This document shows positions 56,436 through 64,000 of a stretch of DNA of 64,000 nucleotides, piece after piece. The notes under the pieces were generated by a model that made no database searches, was not told the DNA's origin, and saw nothing but the letters and a program-made list of their open reading frames with translations. Source of the stretch: Minisyncoccota bacterium (GTDB lineage: Bacteria; Patescibacteriota; Minisyncoccia; Phycocordibacterales; Phycocordibacteraceae); contig JBAZRE010000001.1 in NCBI GenBank assembly GCA_041663025.1, positions 5,912 through 69,911 of the forward strand, given 5' to 3'. The translations under genes were made by a program, and so were the position numbers. Every line of letters begins with the position of its first letter. Within the stretch, counting starts at the first letter, position 1.

Positions 56436-56470
56436 CAGAAAGCAGTTTGCAGAAGGCAGTAAGCAGACCT
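56436..56470. repeat. Degenerate heptamer array between smpB and ssrA
   Basis: CAGAAAG CAGTTTG CAGAAGG CAGTAAG CAGACCT. Confidence 0.5.
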
Positions 56471-56486
56471 TCTGAACTTTTCGGGA

Positions 56487-56930
56487 CTACCGAGTTTTTA
56501 AGACTCGTTCTGCTTCGCGCGTCGCATCGCGCTTCTTCAAATCTTCGCGATGATCGGCTTTGTCTTTGCCGCGAACGATAGCGATGCGCGCCTTCACAAA
56601 CCTACCAGAAGTATACACTTCAAGTGGGATAATTGTCAAGCCCTTCTTGGACTCTGCATCGGCGAGCATCGCGATCTCTTTTTTATTAAGCAGAAGCCGG
56701 CGTGCTTTCTCTGCATCATAGCCCTTGAGCATATTGGCTGCCTGATAGGGCGGAATGGTCATGCCGACGATAAATGCCTCCCCTCCGCGTACCACCACAC
56801 GCGAACCATCGAGAGAACCGAGCTTCCCTCGTAGTGCCTTCACCTCTTGGCCAGACAGCTCTAATCCCGCCGCAAAACTCTCGAGCGGCGCGAAACGTAA
56901 CAGGGCTTTTTTGTACTCAACCAGAGTCAT
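56487..56930 (-). CDS. smpB: SsrA-binding protein
   Basis: AGLEL.G.EVKALR, RRLLLNKKEI, GLTIIPL, GK...D.RE.LK.RD. Confidence 0.93.
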   Translation of the reverse strand: MTLVEYKKALLRFAPLESFAAGLELSGQEVKALRGKLGSLDGSRVVVRGGEAFIVGMTIPPYQAANMLKGYDAEKARRLLLNKKEIAMLADAESKKGLTIIPLEVYTSGRFVKARIAIVRGKDKADHREDLKKRDATREAERVLKTR

Positions 56931-57050
56931 AATTGAGAGTATACCGCACCATTGCGATTTATTGACATTCCTGTTAACCTCTTCTCCGGTAGTCAGCCCT
57001 GATAACTGGGTTGCAATTGTACATTTCGTTGATTAAAAAGGAGGTTAGAA

Positions 57051-57767
57051 ATGAGAACAGGGAAAGACAGAATCATTGTTGCGTTAGATGTAAACAGTTT
57101 AGACAAGGCGAAGCATCTTGTGGAAAAACTTGCTCCGTATGTTGGATGTTTCAAAGTTGGGCTGGAATTACTGACCTCAGCGGGAGCCCCACAGGTCGTC
57201 AAGGCCATTCATAAGCTCGGCGGTGAAGTGTTCTTTGACGGGAAGTTTAATGACATCCCGAACACGATTGGCGGTGCAACCAAAGCAGTTGCTATGCTAA
57301 ATGTGAAGATGTTTAATCTCCACGCGTCAGCTGGTATCGAAGGAATGATGGCTGCTGTCGCCAACAAAGGAAAGTCCATTGTTCTGGCCGTCACAGTGCT
57401 CACTTCGTTTGAAGAAAATAACGCGCATCTGATCTTCGGCGGACCTATCAAGGCAAAAGTTTTGCAGTTTGCGCGCAATGCGAAGCTCGCAGGATGCGAC
57501 GGCATCGTGTGCTCGCCGCAAGAACTTCTACTTCTCGGTAAACAGAAAGAACTGAGTGGTTTGTTAAAAGTCACTCCGGGAATCCGTTCTCTGACTAGTT
57601 TACCGGATGACCAGAAACGGACAATGACCGCGGACGAAGCTGTCAAAGCAGGAGCTGACTTCATCGTGGTCGGGCGTCCCATTATTGAGGCACCAGATCC
57701 TTTCGAAGCGGCAAAGAAAATGGCAGCAGAAATTGACGCAGTACTCAACGAAAAGGAGACAAAATGA
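57051..57767 (+). CDS. pyrF: Orotidine 5'-phosphate decarboxylase
   Basis: IVALD, FKVG, D.KF.DIPNT, VTPGIR, DDQKR, VVGRPI. Confidence 0.95.
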   Translation: MRTGKDRIIVALDVNSLDKAKHLVEKLAPYVGCFKVGLELLTSAGAPQVVKAIHKLGGEVFFDGKFNDIPNTIGGATKAVAMLNVKMFNLHASAGIEGMMAAVANKGKSIVLAVTVLTSFEENNAHLIFGGPIKAKVLQFARNAKLAGCDGIVCSPQELLLLGKQKELSGLLKVTPGIRSLTSLPDDQKRTMTADEAVKAGADFIVVGRPIIEAPDPFEAAKKMAAEIDAVLNEKETK

Positions 57768-58426
57768 AATCAGCAGGAGAATTTATTCGGAGCTCGTTAG
57801 CGATTGGCGCCCTCGAGCTTGTCCCGGAGGGACGAGCACTGAAGAGCGGGCGAATCTCGCCCTACTTCTTCAACTCAGGCCTGTTCAACAGCGGCGCACG
57901 TATAAACTTGCTCGCGAAGGCTTATCTTGGGGCAATTATGGACGTGGATTGGAGTATGGGGGTAGAGGTGTTTTTTGGCCCTGCATACAAGGGTATTCCC
58001 CTTGTGGTGGCGATAGCAATGATGTCGTGGCATCAGAACAACTTTGACATCGGCTACTCCTTCAATCGCAAAGAAGCAAAAGATCATGGAGAAGGTGGCA
58101 TCATCATCGGACACCCCATGGAGGGTAGAGATGTTCTCATCATTGATGATGTTATGACCACAGGATCATCTTCAGGTGAAGCAGTTGAGCTGGTCCTCGC
58201 AAACGGTGGAACCCCCGTAGGGTGCGTGATTGGCTTCGACCGACAAGAGAGGGGTTTAAAAACTGACCTTTCTGCTGTGCAAGAATTCGAAAAGAATTAC
58301 GGTATTCCCGTATGCGCCGCCGCGACTCTCACAGACCTTATCTCGATACTCAAGGTGTCCAAAGATAAGAATAGGAGAGCAACCCTAAAAAAAATCTTGA
58401 AGTACCAAGAAACGTACGGCGTTTGA
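57764..58426 (+). CDS. pyrE: Orotate phosphoribosyltransferase
   Basis: LKSGRISPYFFN, GPAYKGIP, RKEAKDHGEGG, IIDDVMTTG. Confidence 0.95.
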   Translation: MKSAGEFIRSSLAIGALELVPEGRALKSGRISPYFFNSGLFNSGARINLLAKAYLGAIMDVDWSMGVEVFFGPAYKGIPLVVAIAMMSWHQNNFDIGYSFNRKEAKDHGEGGIIIGHPMEGRDVLIIDDVMTTGSSSGEAVELVLANGGTPVGCVIGFDRQERGLKTDLSAVQEFEKNYGIPVCAAATLTDLISILKVSKDKNRRATLKKILKYQETYGV

Positions 58427-58435
58427 TTTGTATAC

Positions 58436-58475
58436 AAGAGCCAGCAACCTATCGAGGTTGCTGGCTCTTCTTTTT
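58436..58475 (+). terminator. Intrinsic terminator
   Basis: AAGAGCCAGCAACCT-ATCG-AGGTTGCTGGCTCTT plus T-run. Confidence 0.8.
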
Positions 58476-58569
58476 GCTTTTTTGTCCTATGTCCGCTAAG
58501 GTGAGTTCAGAAAACAGTTGGGTTGGCTGGCTGTTTATTTTGTACATTCTAAACAAGAAGGAGGGCGAC

Positions 58570-59088
58570 ATGCTGAATGATCTCATCAGAATTGGGGCTG
58601 TTACAAAAGGCCATCCGATGAAATACAACAGACGCGTTGTATATCTGCACACAAGCACAATGTTTAGTTTGTGCGATGCGATTGCGAACAAGTTCAAGTA
58701 CGACGGCGTGGAGGTGGTTATTGCCGCCTCAGAAAGAAATGCGGTTATCTCGCAGTGGGTTGCCTATTTCCTCACCTTGTCCTCTGCGGGAAGAAAAGTG
58801 CCCGGAATCTACGCCGAGAGGTCAATGAGGATGGGAACTATCCTTTGGTGCATTTGGAAAGCTCTGCACGGACACGCCTCGTTTGAGTACGAAAAACTCG
58901 TCAGGGGCAAGAAGGTCCTCGTTGTAGAAGAATTTCTGCACTCCGACGGCTCTGCACAGGAGATCGTTGAGGTCGTGCGCTATCTTGGTGCACACATCAT
59001 TGGTCTCGGAGCCTTTTGTGCTGACTCCAAAGAAGTCTCAAGTCGCATCGACGTTCCCAAAATCGCGACGCTCGTCTCAGTCATCTAG
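58570..59088 (+). CDS. Divergent type I phosphoribosyltransferase (OPRT-like, possibly inactive)
   Basis: GKKVLVVEEFLHSDGS degenerate PRPP loop; AAGGAGG SD. Confidence 0.6.
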   Translation: MLNDLIRIGAVTKGHPMKYNRRVVYLHTSTMFSLCDAIANKFKYDGVEVVIAASERNAVISQWVAYFLTLSSAGRKVPGIYAERSMRMGTILWCIWKALHGHASFEYEKLVRGKKVLVVEEFLHSDGSAQEIVEVVRYLGAHIIGLGAFCADSKEVSSRIDVPKIATLVSVI

Positions 59089-59099
59089 CCACTTACCAC

Positions 59100-59150
59100 A
59101 AGAGCCGTAATGCCAAACACCGAGTGTTTGACATTGTGGCTCTTCTTTTT
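59100..59150. terminator. Long hairpin terminator
   Basis: AAGAGCCGTAATGCCAAACAC-CGA-GTGTTTGACATTGTGGCTCTT. Confidence 0.65.
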
Positions 59151-60946
59151 TAGCGACGCGATTTGGCACGATCGTTTTGAGTCAAAGCTTGTTTACGCAG
59201 ACGCACCGACTTCGGCGTGATTTCCAAATACTCATCATCCGACATTATTTCCATAGCGCGTTCAATCGTGAGGTCGAATATTGGCACAAGCGTGAGCGCT
59301 TCATCCATGCCCGAGGAGCGGACGTTTGACTGATTCTTCCCTTTTGTCGGGTTTGCGAGCATCTCTTCGCCCTTTGAGGTATTACCGATGACCATACCCT
59401 CATACACTTCAGTCGCTGGTTTGATATAGAGCTGACCGCGGTCTTGCAGAGACCAGAGTGAGTAACCAAGCGCTTTGCCGGCTGCCATCGAGATCATCGA
59501 GCCGACGATGCGACGGCGAATCTCACCAGCATAGGGCTTAAAGCCGATCACGCGCGATGAGAGAATCCCCTCACCCTTCGTATCAATGATGAACATGTTT
59601 TTATAACCAAGCAGTCCGCGCGTCGGGCCCTCGAGTGTGAGGCGCACAATATTCCCGAGCTGCGTGAGATTCTGAAGCACGAATGCGCGCTGACCCAACT
59701 TCTCAATCACTGCGCCCTGAAATTCTGACGGGGTATCAATAATGACTTCTTCAAACGGCTCGAGCTTCACCCCATTTTCTTCACGAATGATGACGTGTGG
59801 CTGCGAGACCTGCATCTCATACCCTTCGCGACGCATGTTCTCAAGAAGTACCGCTATGTGGAGCTCTCCGCGGCCAGACACATGGAAGGAGTCGGTGCCT
59901 GAAAAATCCACTTTCAAACCAACGTTCACCTCAAGTTCTTTCTCGAGTCGATCGCGAATCTGACGACTGGTCACATACTTCCCTTCTCGCCCCGCAAACG
60001 GCGAATTATTGATAACGAAGTTGAGTGCGATAGTCGGCTCGTCAACTGCGATCGCCGGTAGCGGTGCCGCACTTTCGTTCGTCGTCACTGTTTCACCAAT
60101 ATAGATGTCAGGTAAACCGGCAATAAGAGCGATATCTCCAGCCAACGCTTCTGTTGCTTCGACACGCTCGAGACCCTTGAAGGTAAAAACCTTCGTGGTG
60201 CGGCCTGTGCGCGTCTCGCCGTCTGGCTTCTTTATAAAAACAGTCTGATTTGGGCGAACCGTTCCTTCATAGATGCGGCCGATCGCAAGACGACCCATGA
60301 AATTATCGTAGGCGAGATTGAATGGCTGGAGCATGAGGGGCGCGGCTGCATCGGCACCCGCATTTGCTGGTGGCACTTTCTCAAGAATGAGATCGAGAAG
60401 TGGTGAGAGATCCTTTTCCGCACCCATGAGGAGATCATCGGGATTCAGTGACGCACGACCATCGCGCCCAATTGCGTACACAACTGGGAAATTAGACTGC
60501 TCATCGGTCGCGCCAAGCTCAAGGAAAAGTTCAAGAACTTGTTCCTCAGAGCGTGCTGGATCGGCTGCTGGCTTGTCGATCTTATTGAGAACGACGATCG
60601 GCTTCAGGCCCAGCTCCAGTGACTTCTTCAACACAAAGCGCGTCTGCGGCATAGGACCCTCTTGAGCATCGACGACGAGAAGTACTGAATCAATAGAGCG
60701 CAACACACGCTCAACCTCACTACCGAAGTCTGCATGCCCGGGGGTATCCACGATATTGATCTTGGTACCCTTATACTCCACTGCGGCATTCTTGGCATAA
60801 ATAGTGATGCCGCGCTCACGTTCAAGCGCGTTGGTGTCCATCGTGGTGCCCTCAGCCGCGGCATGCGTCTGCTTCAAAATGGCGTCAGTCAACGCCGTCT
60901 TCCCGTGGTCGACGTGCGCGATGATAGCGATGTTACGAATTTCCAT
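59150..60946 (-). CDS. typA: Translational GTPase TypA/BipA
   Basis: [48 protein letters not shown]. Confidence 0.96.
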   Translation of the reverse strand: MEIRNIAIIAHVDHGKTALTDAILKQTHAAAEGTTMDTNALERERGITIYAKNAAVEYKGTKINIVDTPGHADFGSEVERVLRSIDSVLLVVDAQEGPMPQTRFVLKKSLELGLKPIVVLNKIDKPAADPARSEEQVLELFLELGATDEQSNFPVVYAIGRDGRASLNPDDLLMGAEKDLSPLLDLILEKVPPANAGADAAAPLMLQPFNLAYDNFMGRLAIGRIYEGTVRPNQTVFIKKPDGETRTGRTTKVFTFKGLERVEATEALAGDIALIAGLPDIYIGETVTTNESAAPLPAIAVDEPTIALNFVINNSPFAGREGKYVTSRQIRDRLEKELEVNVGLKVDFSGTDSFHVSGRGELHIAVLLENMRREGYEMQVSQPHVIIREENGVKLEPFEEVIIDTPSEFQGAVIEKLGQRAFVLQNLTQLGNIVRLTLEGPTRGLLGYKNMFIIDTKGEGILSSRVIGFKPYAGEIRRRIVGSMISMAAGKALGYSLWSLQDRGQLYIKPATEVYEGMVIGNTSKGEEMLANPTKGKNQSNVRSSGMDEALTLVPIFDLTIERAMEIMSDDEYLEITPKSVRLRKQALTQNDRAKSRR

Positions 60947-60997
60947 AAAAAATAAAAGCCCTGCGGGCAATGCATTCAATATACAATAAGGAGACTT

Positions 60998-61780
60998 TTA
61001 TGCAAGCAGAGTACCGCCGTCAACGACAATTTGTGAGCCAGTCATATAGGAGGAGAGATCCGAGGCGAGGAAGAGCGCGACCTTAGCAATTTCGTCAGCA
61101 TCTGCCATGCGATGCATAGGGATCTTCGCAATGAAAGGTTCCATTATTTTCGCGAGTGCTGGATCCACCGGCTTCCCGAGCCCTGTGCCGGGCGTCGAGA
61201 CGCCGCCAGGCGCAATAGCGTTTACCCATATCTTATGTGGCGCTAGCTCAAGCGCAAGATTTTTGGTAAAGCCCCAGAGGCCGTGTTTTGAAGCATCGTA
61301 GAATGCAAGGCCGATTGAAGAAGGGTGGAGTGCATCAATCGAAGTGATATTGATGATAGAGCCACCCCTGCCCTGCTCGATCATCTGCTTCGCCGCAGCT
61401 TGCGCACAGAGGAATGCGCCTTTGAGATTTATCGCGAGAATCTTCTCAAAATCTGCGAGTGATGCGTCCATCACCGATACTTCGGGATAGATCCCTGCAT
61501 TGTTGATGAGGATATCCACGCCGCCGAGCTCACTCACAGCTTTTGTAATCATCGATTCAACTTGTGATTCATCAGAAACATCAACAGCGAATGCGGTAGA
61601 GCCATTGATTTTTGCCGCGGCCGCCTCGGCGGCCGCGGTGTCTTTATCGGCAATGAGTACTTTTGCGCCTGCCTCTGCGAGCCTGCTCGCAATCGCAAAG
61701 CCAATCCCCATTGCACCGCCCGTCACAATCGCGACCTTCTCTGAGAGATCCATACATTCTGAAATGGTTTTTTGTTCCAT
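60998..61780 (-). CDS. Short-chain dehydrogenase/reductase
   Basis: TGGAMGIG, NNAG, YDASK, VDGG. Confidence 0.92.
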   Translation of the reverse strand: MEQKTISECMDLSEKVAIVTGGAMGIGFAIASRLAEAGAKVLIADKDTAAAEAAAAKINGSTAFAVDVSDESQVESMITKAVSELGGVDILINNAGIYPEVSVMDASLADFEKILAINLKGAFLCAQAAAKQMIEQGRGGSIINITSIDALHPSSIGLAFYDASKHGLWGFTKNLALELAPHKIWVNAIAPGGVSTPGTGLGKPVDPALAKIMEPFIAKIPMHRMADADEIAKVALFLASDLSSYMTGSQIVVDGGTLLA

Positions 61781-61784
61781 GATC

Positions 61785-63062
61785 TTAGTATACCAACGAA
61801 ATGATAGCGGCGACACCAGAGATCGCCATCACGCCGATAGTTACCCAACCCATAGTTGAAATGAGTGGATGATTAATATGTTCACCCATAATATGTTTAT
61901 TACTCGAGAGTCGTACCACAAAAAATAAGATGAATGGCGCAATGATGCCATTTGCAACAGCGGCATAAATAAGGCCTTTGATTGGATCCAGGTGCAAGAA
62001 GTTTGCGGCAATGCCGAGGAGCATTGAAACAATAATGACACCGTAAAAAGAGTGTGCTTGCTTCAACTTCCGATACAAGCCAAATTTCCAACCGAAACTT
62101 TCACTCAGTGCATACGCCGTGGAGCCAGCAAGCACTGGTATCGAAAGGAGTCCTGTCCCTACAATGCCAAGAGCAAAGAGGAGAAAGGCGAATTCACCAA
62201 AGGGTCGGAGTGCAAGTGCCGCTTGATCGGCGGTCGCAATATTCGTGATGCCATTTACGTAGAGCGTGCCAGCGCATGCAGCGAATATGAAGAAGGTAAT
62301 GAGGTTCGAGAAGGCCATTCCACTCCACACATCTGTACGCATATTGCGCACAGATTGTGTGCTCACTTGTGCTTGCCGGGCCCGAATCGTTGTCTCGCCA
62401 TGTAGGATCTCTTCTTCAACCTCCTGTGATGTCTGCCAAAAGAAGAGGTAGGGAGAAATGGTGGTGCCGAGTATGGCGCACACGAGGAAAATCTGATCTT
62501 TAGAGAAAGTTAGAGATGGAATAAGCGTATGACTGAAGACGTCACCCCAATCTAGCCCAACTGAAAGAGCGACGACGACATACGAGAGTAGTGCGAGGGT
62601 TAGGTATTTCAGATATTTTGCATAGCGCGCATAGGTGGTGAATATCTGAAGCAGTAAGCTCATCAACGCAAAACCAACAACAAATATTTCAAGTCCGACC
62701 ATTGGGAACAAGAGCTGAGTCCCAGCCGCCATCGCGCCGAGATCTGCCGCAATGTTGAGCGTATTCGCGAAGAAGAGAAGCCCGGTTACCACGTACAGTG
62801 CGCGAGTAGAATAGTGACGGCGAATGTTCGCCGCGAGGCCGCGGCCTGACACAAGACCAATGCGCGCACACATCTCCTGAACCACGGCCATGAATGGATA
62901 TGTAAAAAGCGCCGTCCAGATGAGCTGAAGTCCGTATTTGGCACCTGCCTGTGAATACGTCGCTATGCCCGATGGGTCATCATCGGCAGCGCCAGTGGTA
63001 AGTCCAGGCCCTAGTTTTTCCCAATATTCTTCTGCTTCTTCTTCAAGCTTCTTGATTCCCAT
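61785..63062 (-). CDS. NRAMP-family divalent metal transporter
   Basis: LGPGL.TGAADDDPSGI, GTTISPYLFFWQ. Confidence 0.88.
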   Translation of the reverse strand: MGIKKLEEEAEEYWEKLGPGLTTGAADDDPSGIATYSQAGAKYGLQLIWTALFTYPFMAVVQEMCARIGLVSGRGLAANIRRHYSTRALYVVTGLLFFANTLNIAADLGAMAAGTQLLFPMVGLEIFVVGFALMSLLLQIFTTYARYAKYLKYLTLALLSYVVVALSVGLDWGDVFSHTLIPSLTFSKDQIFLVCAILGTTISPYLFFWQTSQEVEEEILHGETTIRARQAQVSTQSVRNMRTDVWSGMAFSNLITFFIFAACAGTLYVNGITNIATADQAALALRPFGEFAFLLFALGIVGTGLLSIPVLAGSTAYALSESFGWKFGLYRKLKQAHSFYGVIIVSMLLGIAANFLHLDPIKGLIYAAVANGIIAPFILFFVVRLSSNKHIMGEHINHPLISTMGWVTIGVMAISGVAAIISLVY

Positions 63063-63120
63063 TACCCTTTAGTATACCCCGGGCACTAACAGTTAGTGCT
63101 GGGTATACGTGATGTGCTAC

Positions 63121-64000
63121 CTATTCGTACCGCAATGCATCAATAGGATTCTTGCGCGCGGCTTGGCGGGCGGGATAGATGCCGAAGGCGATACCAGAGA
63201 TACCTGACACCGCGAGCCCAAGGATGACGGCAGAGATCGGGAAAGCAAATACCCAGCCGATAGAAAAGAAGTTGGACAAGACAAAAGACACAAGGCCAAC
63301 AACCCCAGCACCGAGGGCAATGCCGATAACACCACCCGCGAAGGTTAGCAGCACCGACTCGATAAGAAATTGTTGCAAGATATCGTTATCCGTCGCGCCG
63401 ACCGCCTTGCGAAGGCCTATCTCGCGAGTGCGTTCAGTAACAGAGACTAGCATGATGTTCATGATTCCGATGCCGCCAACGATAAGTGATATAGAAGCAA
63501 TCGCGGCTAAGAATATGGTGAGAATCGACATGATATTACCTAGAGTATTAAGCGTCTCGTCCATAGATGTAACCATGAAGTCGTCTTTCGTCGGATCCGT
63601 AATCTGGTGGGATGTTCTTAAAATAGAGATAATCCTTGTCTTGACGAACGCTGTGTCGTACGTTGGATCAATCTGGATGTTCAGCTCTTGATAATAATCA
63701 ATACCGCGAATTTGCTTTTGTCCAACAGAAATCGGAATCAGTGCATACCCGTCCATACTAAACATTCCGGAACCCTTCGGTTCTAGAACTCCAATAACAC
63801 GGAAAGTAATGTCTTCGAAACGAACAGTCTTCCCGACAGGTTCAATGTTATACCCGAACAGGTCTTCTGCTAACTTCGAACCAAGGACGACAACGTGTTT
63901 GTATGCAGTCTCATCTGCACTGGTGAACCCATACCCACTGGAGAAATTAAGGTTTGTCATCCTGAATATGTTTGCTGTCGTCGCAATCCAAAGAGTCGAC
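63121..64000 (-). CDS. MacB/FtsX-family ABC transporter permease (5' end outside window)
   Basis: VGGIGIMNIMLVSVTERTREIGLRKAVGA, PIDALRYE. Confidence 0.93.
   Translation of the reverse strand, partial: STLWIATTANIFRMTNLNFSSGYGFTSADETAYKHVVVLGSKLAEDLFGYNIEPVGKTVRFEDITFRVIGVLEPKGSGMFSMDGYALIPISVGQKQIRGIDYYQELNIQIDPTYDTAFVKTRIISILRTSHQITDPTKDDFMVTSMDETLNTLGNIMSILTIFLAAIASISLIVGGIGIMNIMLVSVTERTREIGLRKAVGATDNDILQQFLIESVLLTFAGGVIGIALGAGVVGLVSFVLSNFFSIGWVFAFPISAVILGLAVSGISGIAFGIYPARQAARKNPIDALRYE

Noticed and set aside
1-64000. Alternative genetic code (UGA recoding), prophage, retron or DGR
   Set aside because: Conserved genes are intact under code 11 with TGA used as stop; no phage structural, integrase or reverse transcriptase genes were seen

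Overview
This window looks like chromosome from a reduced-genome bacterium, most likely Patescibacteria/CPR (Parcubacteria-like). That placement is inferred from the tandem VirB2/TrbC-like pilins, the short ValRS, the insertion-bearing TsaD and the apparently leaderless genes. Core content: gyrA, rpsA, pth, lepB, rpsU, ybeY, ftsA, ftsZ, rlmB, tsaD, valS, lepA, murJ, class II RNR, gdh, htpX, lemA, recG, ftsH, smpB, pyrF, pyrE, typA, 8 tRNAs (one a rare tRNA-Ile UAU), RNase P RNA and tmRNA. Main signals: (1) three stand-alone PaaX/Cas2-like genes, each bracketed by its own pair of 36-38 bp palindromic direct repeats, one at the promoter/start and one at the stop, with no cas1 or CRISPR array in the window; (2) two REP-associated HUH/Y1 transposases with cognate palindromes, one set bracketing a possible cargo gene; (3) further palindrome families sitting in frame in tsaD, recG, valS and ybeY, and inside RNase P RNA; (4) a ~300 bp mini-cassette at the gdh 3' end with a duplicated gene end; (5) apparently leaderless core genes contrasted with Shine-Dalgarno-led orphan cassettes. 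All calls come from reading the sequence by eye; no searches were run.
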